A stretch of DNA of 64,000 nucleotides. Origin: Mobula hypostoma (lineage: Eukaryota). The notes beneath the pieces are model-generated. The model saw nothing but the letters and a program-made list of their open reading frames with translations. It was not told the DNA's origin and did not search any database. Position 1 is the stretch's first letter, and each line of letters starts with the position of its first letter. This document shows, one piece after another, positions 12,198 to 24,892 of the stretch. Location of the stretch: assembly GCF_963921235.1 (NCBI RefSeq), contig NC_086097.1:14818001-14882000 (forward strand), given 5' to 3'. The translations under genes and the position numbers were made by a program.

Positions 12198-12577
12198 TAT
12201 ATTTCTTATAGTAACATAGTTTTTTTTTTATTGTTGCACCGTACTGCTGCCACAAAACAACAAATTTCACAACGTAGGTAGACACTGGTAATAAATCTGA
12301 TTCTGATTCTGAATGTTGAGTGTGGGTCCTCAGACTTAAAATCTGAAGCAATCATAAAAGAAAGGATTACAAATGCATATATTATTTAAATGGTATAAAG
12401 GGATCTTCAGCTCCTATCCCATGTAACACAGAGGATAGCAAGCAGGTAAAGGAACTGCTGGAATGTAGCATTGGTGAGACCATACCTGGAGAACTGCACG
12501 CTGATCAGTGATGTTGGATTAGGGTCTAAACTGTTATTTTTCTTGGTACTTAATTTTCTTCATGCTTGCTTATATCT

Positions 12578-12886
12578 TCTTCTTATAGGCATCCGTTAGT
12601 CTTGTGAGACCATGGATTTGCACCTTGGAAGGTTTCCAGGGCTCAGGCCTGGGCAAGCAGTTGCCCATGCTGCAGGTCTCCCCTCTCCACGCCACCGATG
12701 TTGTCCAAGGGAAGGGCATTAGGACCCATACAGCTTGGCACCGGTGTCGTCGCAGAGCAATGTGTGGTTAAGTGCCTTGCTCAAGGACACACGTGCTGCC
12801 TCAGCCAGGGCTTGAACTAGATCACTAGAACTTGAACTTTGGATCACTAGACGAACGCCTTAACCACTTGGCCACATGCCAACACA
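12578..12886 (-). mobile_element. tRNA-derived CORE-type SINE with RTE-like tail
   Basis: Head gtggccaagtggttaaggcgttcgtctagtgatc (A box); CORE-like gtgtccttgagcaaggcacttaacc; tail tccatggtctcacaagactaacgg. Confidence 0.7.
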
Positions 12887-13221
12887 ATGTTTGTATATTG
12901 ACCTGTTTATCTGTAAATTGTCAGTAACCTGTACTACAGTCGGTTCAGTAGTTCTGTAGTTTCTTTGTCTGTAAACCTTCAGTGTCACAGCAGCATCAAT
13001 CAAAACCACTCTTGTTTCATAGGCTGCTCTTATGAGTTTCCGTATCTAGCCAACTTCAACTAGTTTTCAGAATAAAGACCAACCACGAGGCAAGTTCCTT
13101 GTCCCATTATTTTTCTCTATACTTGTAGTAGAGTGAGTTGGTTAGAGTTAGAGATAATTACTCTCCTTACAGTTATTTTTTGTCAATAAATATCTAATAA
13201 AAAGTTTGTAACCACAAGATC

Positions 13222-14726
13222 CTCAGGAAGAAGTAAATGCAGCTGTAAGATCACTGAGGAATGGGAAAGCTCCAGGAATAGACAACATCCCGGATGAGCT
13301 GAGAAAACCTGGAGGAGAGACAGTGATAGACATCCTCATCAATATCTGCAGCAAAATTTGACAGACTGGGGAATGGTCAACACTCTGGAGAAAATCATTC
13401 ATCATTACTCTCCCCAAGAAAGGCAACCTACAGCAGTGCCGGAATTATAGAACCATAAGTCTTATCAGCCACACAAGCAAAGTGATGTTGCAAGTCATCC
13501 TGAACAGACTGAAACCACAGGCAGAAGAATAATCACCAAAGAGCAAGCTGGATTCAGAAGTGGAGGAAGTACAACAGAACAGGTATTCAACCCCTGAGAA
13601 CTGTGCAAGAAACACAAACAACATCAAAAGGACATCTTCCATGTGTTCATAGACTTCAAGAAGGGTGTGGCATGATGCACTCTGGGCCACAATGAAGAGA
13701 TACAACATGGACCAGAAGGTGATCCAAACCATCAAGCAACATCTACACCAAAGCTGACAGTGAGGTACTTGTTCGAGGCACAGTTGGAGAGTAGTTCCTC
13801 ACATCAGTTGGAGTCCAACAAGGCCGCCTCCTTTCACCCATGCTGTTCAACATTTTCCTGGAGGAAATAATGACAGATGCCCTGGAAAACCATATTAGCA
13901 CAGTCAGCATCGGAGGACAGTTCATAACCAACCTCAGGTATGACACTGATGGGCTAGTAGGAAGTGAGGATGAATTGCCCTGCATTGTGGACTGTCTGGA
14001 TGATACATCTACCAGATATGGCATGGAGATCAGCACAGAGAAAACCAAGCTGATGAGAAACAGTGAGGAGCCAATCACAGCAAAAATCACAGTCAGTGGA
14101 CAAGAACTAGAGATTGCCAAACAGTTCAAACATCTTGGTGCCATCATCAACCAAGAAGGATTAAAGCCTTGCAAGGATAGCCCAAACAACAGCAATCCTG
14201 GCTAAACTAAAACCAATCTGGAGAGACATTAACATCACTTTCAGATCCAAGTTGGAACTCCTGCATGTACTTGTGCTCTCCATCTTCTTGTGTGCTTGTG
14301 AATCAAGGACTTCGATAGCAGAATTGCAAAAGAAGATCCTGTCAGTAGAAATAAGATGCTTCAGAAAGCTCCACTGTATCTCCTGTACAGACCATGTCTC
14401 AAGTGACAAAGTACGAAGAACCATCGTGCAACATGTGAGACACTATGAAGACCTACTGTCCACAGTAAAGAAGAGGAGACTGAGATGGTACGGCCACATC
14501 ACAAGATCAAGTGGACTCTCAAAGACCATTCTTCAGGGAATGGAGCAGGGGAAGAGAAAAAGGTGCAGACAGAGGAAGAAAAGGACCGGCAACATTGCAG
14601 AGTGGAGCGGAGAGAACTTTGCTGCCGTCTAGGCACTTGCCCACAACCGTGAGAGATGAAGGCAACTGGCGCAGCGCTTATCTGTACAGCACCACTACGA
14701 CTCTGGGATCCTTAACCGTAATGTAG
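13222..14726 (+). mobile_element. RTE-clade LINE, 5'-truncated, frameshifted reverse transcriptase
   Basis: GKAPGIDNIP, LPKKGNLQQCRNYRTISLISH, LFNIFLEEIM, RRLRWYGHITRSSGLSKTILQG. Confidence 0.9.
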
Positions 14727-14794
14727 CCATAACCACTGTGCCTTATTCTTGACTTCTGAAGAATCTCTGGACAGTATGATCTCCAGATCTAACA

Positions 14795-15073
14795 GTATTT
14801 ACTTATTGAGGTATAGTGCGGAATAGGCCCTTCCAGCCCTTTGAACTGTGCCATAAAGGAATCCCCCAATTTAATCCTAGTCTAGTCATGGGACAATTTA
14901 CAATGACCAATCAACCTATCGAGCTTTCCATCATTGGACTGTGAGAAGAAACCTGAGGAAACCAACATGGTGTTGGAGAGAATGTACAAATTCCTTACAG
15001 AGAGCAATAGGAATTGAGCCCGGCCTCTGATACTCCAAAACATTGTGCTAGCCACCACGCTACCATTCTGCCC
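14795..15073 (-). mobile_element. tRNA-head V-domain SINE with CR1-like tail (HE1-like); further copies at about 19150-19450, 48655-48912, 54055-54260, 60715-60990 and 61570-61765
   Basis: Head ggtagcgtggtggctagcac; shared ggacaatttacaatgaccaat(t/c)aaccta core; tail gaagggcctattcc. Confidence 0.75.
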
Positions 15074-15109
15074 CTGCACTGCAAGACCTGGTTGGCACCT
15101 GGGCTGAAG

Positions 15110-15500
15110 GGGTTGGTATATGGAGAAAGGTGGGCAAGTTGGGCCTCTACTCACTGGAGTATGTAAGAATGAAAGGGGATTTGGTTACAGCATTGGAGTG
15201 GATGATGACAGGGTGTTTTCCCTGGTGGGTACACTTAGACTTAAGGAGTTATGGATATTCATTTCAGATAAAGATAAGAGGAATTTCTTCTCTCAAAGAG
15301 TACTAAAACTTTGGAATTCTCTCCCCCAGAGAGCAGTGGAGACATAGTCATTAGATATATTCACAGCATAGATCAACACACACTTAACCACAAGGGAGAG
15401 CATTGGAAAGTAGCATTGAGACCAATATTGGATCTGCCATGACCTTATGGAATGATGAAATATGATTGAGAGTTTGATTGAACGACTCCTGCTCTTAAAG
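15110..15500 (+). mobile_element. CR1 LINE 3' fragment
   Basis: RNFFSQRVLKLWNSLPQRAVE in ORF 15120-15347. Confidence 0.7.
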
Positions 15501-15599
15501 CGAAGAAACTATAGGGAACATGAACTGGAGTCAGTTGTTTGTCCCCTGCTCCATTATTCAACAGGATTGTGGGTGAGCCAATTTTCCTAAAGTCCACTA

Positions 15600-17058
15600 T
15601 CATAGAACATAAAATATAGAACATAGAACAGTACAGCACAGTACAGGCCCTTCAGCCCACAATGTTGTATCAACCCTCAAACCCTGCCTCCCATATAACC
15701 TCCCACCTTAAATTCCTCCATATGCCTGTTTAGTAGTCTCTTAAATTTCACTAGTGTACCTACCTCCACCACTGTCTCAGGCAGTGTATTCCACGCACCA
15801 ACCACTCTCTGAGTAAAAAACCTTCCTCTAATATCCCCCTTGAACTTCCTACCCCTTACCTTAAAGCCATGTCCTCTTGTATTGAGCAGTGGTGCCCTGG
15901 GGAAGAGGCACTGGCTGTCCACTCTATCTATTCCTCTTAATATCTTGTATACCTCTATCATGTCTCCTCTCATCCTCCTTCTCTCCAGATAGTAAAGTCT
16001 TAGCTCCCTTAATCTCTGATCATAATCCATACTCTCTAAACCAGGCAGCATCCTAGTAAATCTCCTCTGTATCCTTTCCAATGCTTCCACATCCTTCCTA
16101 TAGTGAGGCGACCAGAACTGGACACAGTACTCCAAGTGTGGCCTAACCAGAGTTTTATAGAGCTGCATCATTACCTTGCGACTCTTAAACTCTATCCCTC
16201 GACTTATGAAAGCTAACACCCCATAAGCTTTCTTAACTACCCTATCTCCTGTGAGACAACTTTCAGAGATCTGTGGATATGTACCCCCAGATCCCTCTGC
16301 TGCTCCACACTACCAAGTATCCTGCCATTTACTTTGTACTCTGCCTTGGAGTTTGTCCTTCCAAAGTGTACCACCTCACACTTCTCTGGGTTGAACTCCA
16401 TCTGCCACTTCTCAGCCCACTTCTGCATCTTATCAATGTCTCTCTGCAATCTTTGACAATCCTCTACACTATCTACAACACCACCAACCTTTGTGTCGTC
16501 TGCAAACTTGCCAACCCACCCTTCTACCCCTACATCCAGGTCGTTAATAAAAATCACAAAAAGTAGAGGTCCCAGAACCAACCCTTGTGGGACACCACTA
16601 GTCACAACCCTCCAATATGAATGCACTCCCTCCACCACAACCCTCTGCCTTCTGCAGGAAAGCCAATTCTGAATCCACCTGGCCAAACTTCCCTGGATCC
16701 CCTGCCTTCTGACTTTCTGAATAAGCCTACCATGTGGAACCTTGTCAAATGCCTTACTAAAATCCATATAGATCACATCCACTGCACTACCCTCATCTAT
16801 ATGCCTGTTCACCTCCTCAAAGAACTCTATCAGACTTGTTAGACACGATCTGCCCTTCACAAAGCCATGCTGACTGTCCCTGATCAGACCATGATTCTCT
16901 AAATGCCCATAGATCCTATCTCTAAGAATCTTTTCCAACAGCTTTCCCACCACAGACGTAAGGCTCACTGGTCTATAATTACCCGGACTATCCCTACTAC
17001 TTTTTTTGAACAAGGGGACAACATTCGCCTCCCTCCAATCCTCCGGTACCATATCCTT
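15600..17058 (-). mobile_element. CR1 (HER1-like) LINE, 5'-truncated, well-preserved RT and C-terminus with one frameshift
   Basis: ORFs 16237-17274 (NYRPVSLTS, QHGF, DFSKAFD, GVPQG, FADD) and 15677-16219 (RPHLEYCVQFWSP, TRGH); (tatgttc)n tail at 15600-15630. Confidence 0.95.
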
Positions 17059-17064
17059 TTCCCA

Positions 17065-17452
17065 GGAAATAACACAGAAACATGTCCGATGGTAGTGCAA
17101 GGTGTGGTCTGCAGTGTTCCATTGCTGAGGAAGGAGTGAACTTGTGCAGGTTGCTTCGAGAACCTGAAGGCTGTAGCTATTCTTAAACCTGGCAGTGTTG
17201 GACTTCAGGCTTCTGTCCATCTTGCCTGACAGTAGCAGTGAGAGGAGGGCATGACCCAGAGCTGGGGTTCCCAACCATTTTTAATATCATGGGCCAATGC
17301 CATTAAGCAAAGGGTCCATGGACCCCAGGTTGGAACCCCTGACCCAGGTCATTCTTGATGATAGATGCTGCCTTAATGAGGCAGTGCCTCCTGTAGCTTA
17401 CAGCGGTGGGGAGGGCTCCACTATTGCCTACAACCTCCTGTGTTCCTGCGTG
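17065..17452 (-). mobile_element. Rex1 3' fragment interrupted by a MITE
   Basis: ALLSLLLSGK..RSLKSNTARFKNSY. Confidence 0.65.
17262..17341. mobile_element. 80-bp hAT-like MITE; related deleted copy at 19878-19938
   Basis: TIRs ctggggttcccaacc / ggttggaacccctg; imperfect 8-bp flanks acccagag/acccaggt. Confidence 0.7.
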
Positions 17453-18559
17453 TTGATAAATATGATAAACCACTTTTTATAATGCTGTTTACGTTAGACA
17501 TATATGCTGCTCTTTACGTATTTATACACATTTTATTCCATATCCATTCTTTCACCCCTAACTTTAATTTTTGTGTAATTATTGATTCTTTGTAACTGTT
17601 GAATATTATTGTTTGTTGTTGCATGTCACACCAACACGACAACGGCAAATTCCTGATGCATGTAAATAGTGAACAAAGCCGGTTCTTGATCCTTGATGAT
17701 CGAATGGTGGAGTAGACACCATGGGCCAAATGGCCTAATTCTGCTCCTATGTGTTATGGTCTTTTTTTGAATGTCAGGGGAAAAAGTTAAAAGCAGTTAG
17801 AGCTTGAGGTAGAGCTAATAAAGCGCTGTAGTGTGCAAGAGAATTACAGGGTTGACACCATGACAGGATGACAGCACTGAGCATATTGACCACCTTTTGT
17901 TTTTCACACACCGGCTGGGTCATACCTTTCTAGGCAGGGGATGGCACAAGTTCCGTGCAGTCTATTTCCCTGAACAATCTGCTAAATCTGAGCAGAACAC
18001 TCTCCCGCTGCACTGCTGTGACATTTCTGTTTCCTATAACCATCTGTCCTTATGGCTCCCCTGAAGTGAGATTGCCTGACTGGTTTCACGGGGGTCTTGT
18101 CCCTGCTGTGCGAAGCACACCTGACTCCCTAGCGGCCTAGTGTTAGGTGAGTGCCTGCTGCACTGGGAGACGAAAGTGCTCCGTCTGGAAGGAGACACTG
18201 AGGAGTTGGGAGGTGCAACGAAAAGAGCCTTAACGTGCAGTGTCTGCCATCGGTGAGGGGCGGAAATATTGAGTGCAACAGGAGATCCAAAAACGAATTG
18301 TTCCTGACCTGCATGGAATTCAATGAGTGCTGAGTTTCTTCAGTGCTCATTACCTGAGTGTAACTTGGTTGTGATGTGAATTGAGTGTGAGGTTTTTACA
18401 TCTGGTGTTTCTTGAGTGTAACATAACTTCCATATACTGTTACCTGGGTACAGCATGACATGAATCGGTATTTCTTGACTGTATTATTACTTTGGAGTTT
18501 CTTTGGTGTAGGAATTCTTGAGTGCAAGGATCTTTGAATTTGGAATTCTATACGACCGT

Positions 18560-19115
18560 AAGATATGGAAGCAGAATTAGGGCCATTTGGCTCATCGAAT
18601 CTGCTCCACCATCTTTCTTCATGGCTGATCCATTTTTCCTCTCAGCCCCGGTCTCCTGCCTTCTCCCCGTGTCCCTTCATGCCCTAATTTCATGCCCTAA
18701 CCAATCAAGATTCTATCAACCTCTGCCTTAAATATACCCAATGACACAGATTTGCCACTCTCTAGCTGAAGAATTTCCTCCTCATCTTTATTCTAAAAGG
18801 ATGCCCCTATATTCTGAGGATGTGTCCTCTGGTCTTAGACTCCCTCATCATAGGAAACATCCTCTACACATCCATTCTATGGAGGCCATTCGGCATTCGG
18901 TAGGTTTCGATGAGGTCACCCGTCATTTGTCTGAACTCCGGTGAGTAGTGGCACAGAGCATTCAAACACTCCTTGTATGACAAGCCTTTCAATCCTGGAA
19001 TCATTTTCATGAACCTCCTTTGAACCCTCTCCAGTGTCAGCACATCCTTTCTTAGAAAAGGGGACCAAAATTGCTCACAATACTCCAAGTGAGCCCTCAC
19101 TGGTGCTTTATAATT
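18560..19115 (-). mobile_element. CR1 LINE 3' fragment
   Basis: ORF 18864-19100 RAHLEYCEQFWSPFLRKDVLTLERVQRRF. Confidence 0.85.
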
Positions 19116-19504
19116 CCTCAGCTATGAGTGTGGAGGCTTTTCACAGGGAGGATAGAGAGATACAGCATGGAAGCATGCTCTTGGCCCATGAATCCACACT
19201 GATTTACACTAATCCTACAATAATCTCAATTTGTTCTCCCTACATTTGCCCCAGCTCCATCTAGGATCGACCACTCACCACACACGGAGGCAATTTACAG
19301 CAGTGGCCAACTCACCTACCACATCACTTTTATTCAGGAAACCAGAAATCCCTTGCAATGACAGGGAGAACATCCAAACTTCGCTCCGACAGCATTAGAG
19401 ATCAGGACTGAACCCGGCTCTCTGGCGCAGTGAGGCGGCAGCTCTGTTGACTGCAATATCTGCGAATGTTTTAATATAGAACATACAACAGCACAGCACA
19501 AAGT

Positions 19505-19640
19505 CACAAACACAAGATGCTGGAGGAGCTCAGCAGGTCGGGCAGCATCTGTGGAGGGAATAAGCAGTTGATGTTTTGGACCGAGACCCTTCATCAGGAC
19601 TGCTGAAGGGTCTTGGCCCGAAATGTTGATCTATGATGCT
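19505..19640. mobile_element. Penelope-like terminal repeat with short inverted partner
   Basis: ccgagacccttcatcaggac followed directly by inverted tgctgaagggtcttggcccgaaatgttga. Confidence 0.7.
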
Positions 19641-19974
19641 GTGCCAAACAATTTAAGCTGATGACACCTAATCAATTTTGTCTGCACATTGTCCACATCC
19701 CTCTATTCTCTGTATCTTCACATGCCTATCTAGGTACCTCTTAAACCCCTCGAACCACCACCATCTCTGGCAACACGTACCAGGCGCCCAACAACCACTG
19801 TGTAACAAACTTGCTGTACACATCTCCTTTGAACTTTCTTCCCCCATTACCTTTAATGCATGCCCTCTTGTGCTAGACAGGGGTTCCCAAACTTTTAAAT
19901 GCCATGGACCAATACCGTTAAGGGGTCCGTGCACCCTCTGTTAGACATTTCAACCCTAGGAAACTCATAGAATC

Positions 19975-20562
19975 ATGGAGTCATAGAAAAGTACAGCACA
20001 GAACCAGGCCCTTCAGCCCATCTAGTCCATGCTAATCAATTTAAAGTGCCTACTCCCATTGACCTGCACCAGGACCATAGCCCTCCATACCCCTACCATC
20101 CATGTACCTATGCAAACCTCTTAAACTTTGAAATCAAGCTTGCCTGCACCATGTGCTAGCAGCTCATTCCACACTCTCACGAGCTTCTGCGTGAAGAAGT
20201 TCCTCCATATGCTCACCTTAAACTGTTCACCTGTCACCCTTAACCCATGTCCTCTGGTTGTTGCCCCACCCAGCCTCAGTGGAAAAAGCCTGCTTGCATT
20301 TATCCTATCTATACCCCTTATTATTTTGTATGCCTCATTAAAATCTCCTCTTAATCTTCAGTGTTCCAAGGAATAAATTCCTAGCCTACTCAATCTTTCC
20401 TTACATCTCAGGTCCTCCAGTCCCAGCAACATCTTTGGAAATTTTGCCTGTACTCTTGCATCTGCCCTGCAGGTAAGTGACCAAAACTGCACAAGATACT
20501 CCAAATTAGGCCTCACTGATGTTTTATTCAACTTCATCCCATCTGCTGTACTCAGTACTTCG
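19975..20562 (-). mobile_element. CR1 LINE 3' fragment
   Basis: CR1 tail catagaaaagtacagcacagaaccaggccc; same subfamily as 54345-54760. Confidence 0.8.
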
Positions 20563-21341
20563 ACTTATATCAATGGAGAATTTGGTGAGCAAAGTGTAAT
20601 GTGAATATGGACTTCCTGGAGTGTGACATTTGTGGAGTGTGGATATGGAGTACTGAACAGCGAATGCAGAATTCCATTGCTACAACATTCTATCAGTGTG
20701 GAGTACCGTGAAGGTGGTGTTCCATGATTACAAGTTCTCTGAATGTAGAGATCTGTGTGTGTGGAGCTCCATGAATGCACCATTTTGTGTGAAGACGAAA
20801 GAAGGCGGTCTCCATCATTAAGGACCCTCACCATTCAAGACATTCCCCTTCTCATTACTATAATGAGTGAGGAGGTACACAAATCTGATGTCACTCGCTC
20901 AACGATTTAGGAATGGCTTCTTCCACTTCATTATAAGATTACTGTACCAGTCGTGTACACTACCTGTCTGGCCTACTTTTACATTACTCATTCATTTTAT
21001 TTTGTATTGCTACTTCTCGAAGCTTTTTATGTATTGCACTGTATAATTCCTGCAAAGCAACAAATGTCATGACACTTGTCAGTCATAATAAACTTTATTC
21101 TGATTCTCATTTCATGCATGTAATTTCTTTGTGTGAAAAGTTCAGTGAATGCAGAGTTCCCTGCGTATGGAATTCTGTGAGTGTGCAACCTAGTGAATGT
21201 GGAATTCTGTGAGTGCGGAGCAGAGTGTGTGTGGAAGTCTGTGAGTGTGAGTACAGTGAGTGTGGAATTCTGTGAGTGTGAGTACAGTGTGTGTGGAATT
21301 CTGTGAGTGAGGATCCCAGAGACCATGGAATTCAGTGAATG

Positions 21342-24278
21342 TGTCTCTTCGTTTGGATATGGCCTAGGCACAGAGATAGAGACACTGAAGTGGTTCGATA
21401 GTTCACAGACTGTAATGCAAACAGAGTTAGAGGGCAAAGAAAACAATAAATACCAGGCCAAACAGGGCTGTTAAATAAAACTCTCAAATGGAAAACGAAA
21501 CCAACACTATGGCTGAAAGGATTAACAAAATATAAAACGAATACTACTAGTCTTCAGAGTCAGTTGACCCGACGCTCCAATTTCTCAGGCAAGGCCAAAT
21601 GTAAGCAGGCAGCGAAATGTTGCTGTGCTTTGCTCAAGTCTTGACAAGCGCTATGAAAAGAACGGAGTTAAATACCATCACAATGAAATAATAATTAGCT
21701 GACACGTGCATATTCGTAAGCACAATTGCCGTATCTACTGCGCTGCCGAATTCATGGTTACGACAGGGCTCCCCCCTAGGCCGCAGCCCCTGAGCCGCCA
21801 CAAACCTGAGTCTGCTGGAAGTCCCGGATGAGCGACTTGCCCAAGATGTCCTTCGCCGGGATACAAGTACATTCTTCAGGCCATATTCTTCCCAATCCAC
21901 AAGGTACTGGACCTTACCACATCCTGGGCGCGATGCCAGGAGGTGCTGCACCGTATAGATCAGGGAACCATCTATCAAGCGGCGAGGAGGGGGAGGTGGG
22001 GTGACTGGGGCACGGGGAGAGGTAGTAACCACCTTGAGCTGGGAAACATGGAATATTGGGTGGATCTTCAGTGATGCTAGTAGACACCTTGTTGACAGTC
22101 TTTTCCACTACAAACAGTTCCAAATTACGGCTCTCGACTTTCAGGGGAAGGTCCCTTGATATCTCCCTCCTGGCTTGAATGGCCTTACCTGTCGACTCTT
22201 CGGACATGTTCCTGATGAGAATGGGTATAGATAAGGATGTCATCTAAATACACAAACACAAACTAGTTCAACAGATCCCTGAGCACATCATTAACCTAGG
22301 CCTGGGATACAGCGGGGACGTGGCCAGAGCAAAAGGCATCAGCAGGTACTCATTGTGGCCATTAGAGGTGTTCAAAGCTGTCTTCCACTCATTCCCCTCC
22401 CTTATGTGAACCAGACTGTAAGAATTGCGCAGATCAATTTTGGAAAACATGGAGATGGGGATGTTCCCTGGAGATGTTCAAACACAGACGCCAGTAGGGG
22501 AAGAGGGTAGTGGTTCTTTGCAGTGATGTTGTTCAGGGGCCGATAATCGATACAGGGACAGAGCTTGCCGTCTTCCTTGCTCACACGAAAGAAGCCCGCT
22601 CCTGCCGGCGAGGTTGACGGATGGATAAACCCCATGGCCAATGCCTCCTTGATGTATTCCTCCATGGCCACCATTTCAGGACGACAGAGGAGAGAGAGCC
22701 ATCCCTGGCAAGGACTAGTACCAGGTATGTGGTCTCTGGCACAATCGCATGGCCGGTGTGGGGGCAGGGTGGTGGCCTGTCTTTTACTAAAGATTTCAAG
22801 GAGATCCGCGTATTTAGCCAGAATCCCAGACAGGTCCACATCCTTAGCTGACACTGGAGGGGATTCATGGAACTTGAGCTGGACCCAGACATGCTGATCA
22901 CCATCTTGGAGTGCTTTCAGAGACCAATCGATCCGTGAGTTATGTCGGCATAACCGAGGGAGACCAAGTACCAGCGGTAGTTCAGGCGAATCAACCAGAA
23001 AGAGTTCTTTATGACGGTTGCCTTCGAGCACAAGTTGGAGGGGTTGGGTGGAAAGGTGGTTCTGGCCAGTGTCCAGAGGTCAACCGTCCAGCGCCTTAAC
23101 ATTGATCTTTTCTCTTAATTCCTGAGTCGGAACTTCCCATCTCTAAGCGAGAGAGATGTCCATGAGATCCCCAGCTGCACCAGAGTCAATAGATGCCTTA
23201 AGTTCATGGGTCTGAGACCTCCACGACAAGGAAGCTGCGAGCGTTACACAATGAGGGGAAGCTGACTGAGGAGAGAACTGACCCATCAGGATTCCCCTCC
23301 CTGCTGACGGGTATCCGCTTTTACTGGACGCTTGGGATATGAAGCCTGGAAATGTCCTGGATCACTGCAATAGAGGCAGGAACCTGTCCTGCAACACTCT
23401 TGTTCCTCCTGAGACAGGCGCATGCGCCCTACTTGCATAGGCTTCTCCGTGGACTGGGTGCTGGGTGGCAAGGAAGGGCGGGGAAAGACGGTAATCAAAG
23501 GGCGCTTAGGAAGCTCGAAACATTCTTTTCCAGCGCCACTCAGTTTAACCGGTCATCAACATGAATAGCCAGATTAATCAGGTCATCCAGACTATCCTGC
23601 TCGTTCCGGACAGCGATCTCATGCTGGACTGCCGCGTTCAGTCCACACTTGAAGGCAGAAATGAGAGATCTCCCATTCCAACCCTTCTCTACTGTAAGCG
23701 TACAAAATTTAACTGCATAGGTTCTCACTGTTCCTCTCCCTTGGCGCAGGTCCAAGAGTTGGTGGGCAGCCTCCTGACCCCATACTGGAAAGTCAAAATC
23801 CCTCCTTAACTCTGCCATGAAATGTCAGAACGACTGGGCTGCGGGGTATCTTTGTTCCCGTAAAGCACTGAACAGGCTGAGTGGAGGTCCATCTCGGAGA
23901 TTCGCCATGTACTCCAGTTTTTGCACATCATCACCAAAATAACCAGGCTGGGCTTGGAATGCCAGCTCGCATTGGGTAACAAAATTCCCACAACCATCAG
24001 GATCACCAGAATATCTCCCTGGCTGAAAGGAATAACTAAATATAAAACGAATACAGCCAGTCTTCAGAGACAGTTGACTCGACAGTCCAATTTCTCAGGA
24101 AAGGCCGAATGCAAGCAGGCAGTGAAACGTTGCTGTGCTTTGCTCAAGTCTCGGCGAGTGCTACGATGAAAAGAATGGAGTTAAATACCATCACAATGAA
24201 ATAATAATGAACTGACACATGCATATTCACAAGCGCAATTGCCATCCCTGCTGCACTGCCGAATCCGTGGATGTGACA
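21342..24278 (-). mobile_element. Ty3/Gypsy chromovirus-type (sushi/PEG10-related) LTR retrotransposon, decayed and internally deleted
   Basis: TSD gaatg/gaatg; termini TGTC...GACA; LTR match 21510-21765 vs 24020-24278; purine tract next to 3' LTR; gag (RYSGDP, LRQG, CLYC..GH), protease IDSGA, RT (IDYRPLN, YLDD), chromodomain [10 protein letters not shown]. Confidence 0.92.
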
Positions 24279-24892
24279 GAATGTGCAGCAGAGTGAGTGT
24301 GAAATTCTGCAAGTAAGGAGTAGAGTGAGTGTAGATTTCAGTGATTGAGGAGTGAGGAGCCCAGGAAAAGAATGAGCATGGAAATCTGGGCATGCGGTGC
24401 CCAGTCGGTGTGAAATTCAGTTTGTGGGGAGCCTAGTAATTTGTGGAATTCTGCGAGGGTGCACGTGAATGAGCATGGAATTCTATGAGTGTGGAATTGC
24501 GTGAGTGCTGATCACGGTCAGTGTGGAATTCTGTGGGAGTGGATCCCGATGAGTATGAAATTCTGTGCTTGCGGCCAGAGTACACGTGACACTCTGTGTG
24601 TGCGGAGCAGAGTGAGTGTGGAATTCTGTGAGTACTGAATAGAGTGACTGTTGATTTTTTTTTGTGTTTGGAGCATACTAAGTGTGGAGTTCTCGGAGTG
24701 TGGATTCCGATGAGTGTGGAGTTCTGTGAATGCAGAGCAGAGTGAGTGTGGAATTCTTGTGAGTACTTTTTCCAGTTGGTGTGGAATTCTGTGAGTGTGG
24801 AGCCGACTGAGTGTGGAATTCTGAGTGAGTGCGGGGCTCTGTGAGTCTGGGGCCCAATGTGGATGGATTCTGTGACTGTGGAGAGAGTGGCT

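Noticed and set aside
12850..12886. tRNA-like sequence
   Set aside because: SINE head with an internal duplication and no complete cloverleaf.
12531..13217. Possible solo LTR around the SINE
   Set aside because: TG...CA ends can be chosen but no matching TSD was found.
16237..17274. 345-aa ORF that looks like an RT with a novel N-terminus
   Set aside because: Chance in-frame fusion of a MITE end, a Rex1 3' fragment and a 5'-truncated CR1.
21634..24019. Possible domesticated PEG10/RTL-like gene
   Set aside because: Many stops and frameshifts, LTRs and TSD present; a decayed transposon.
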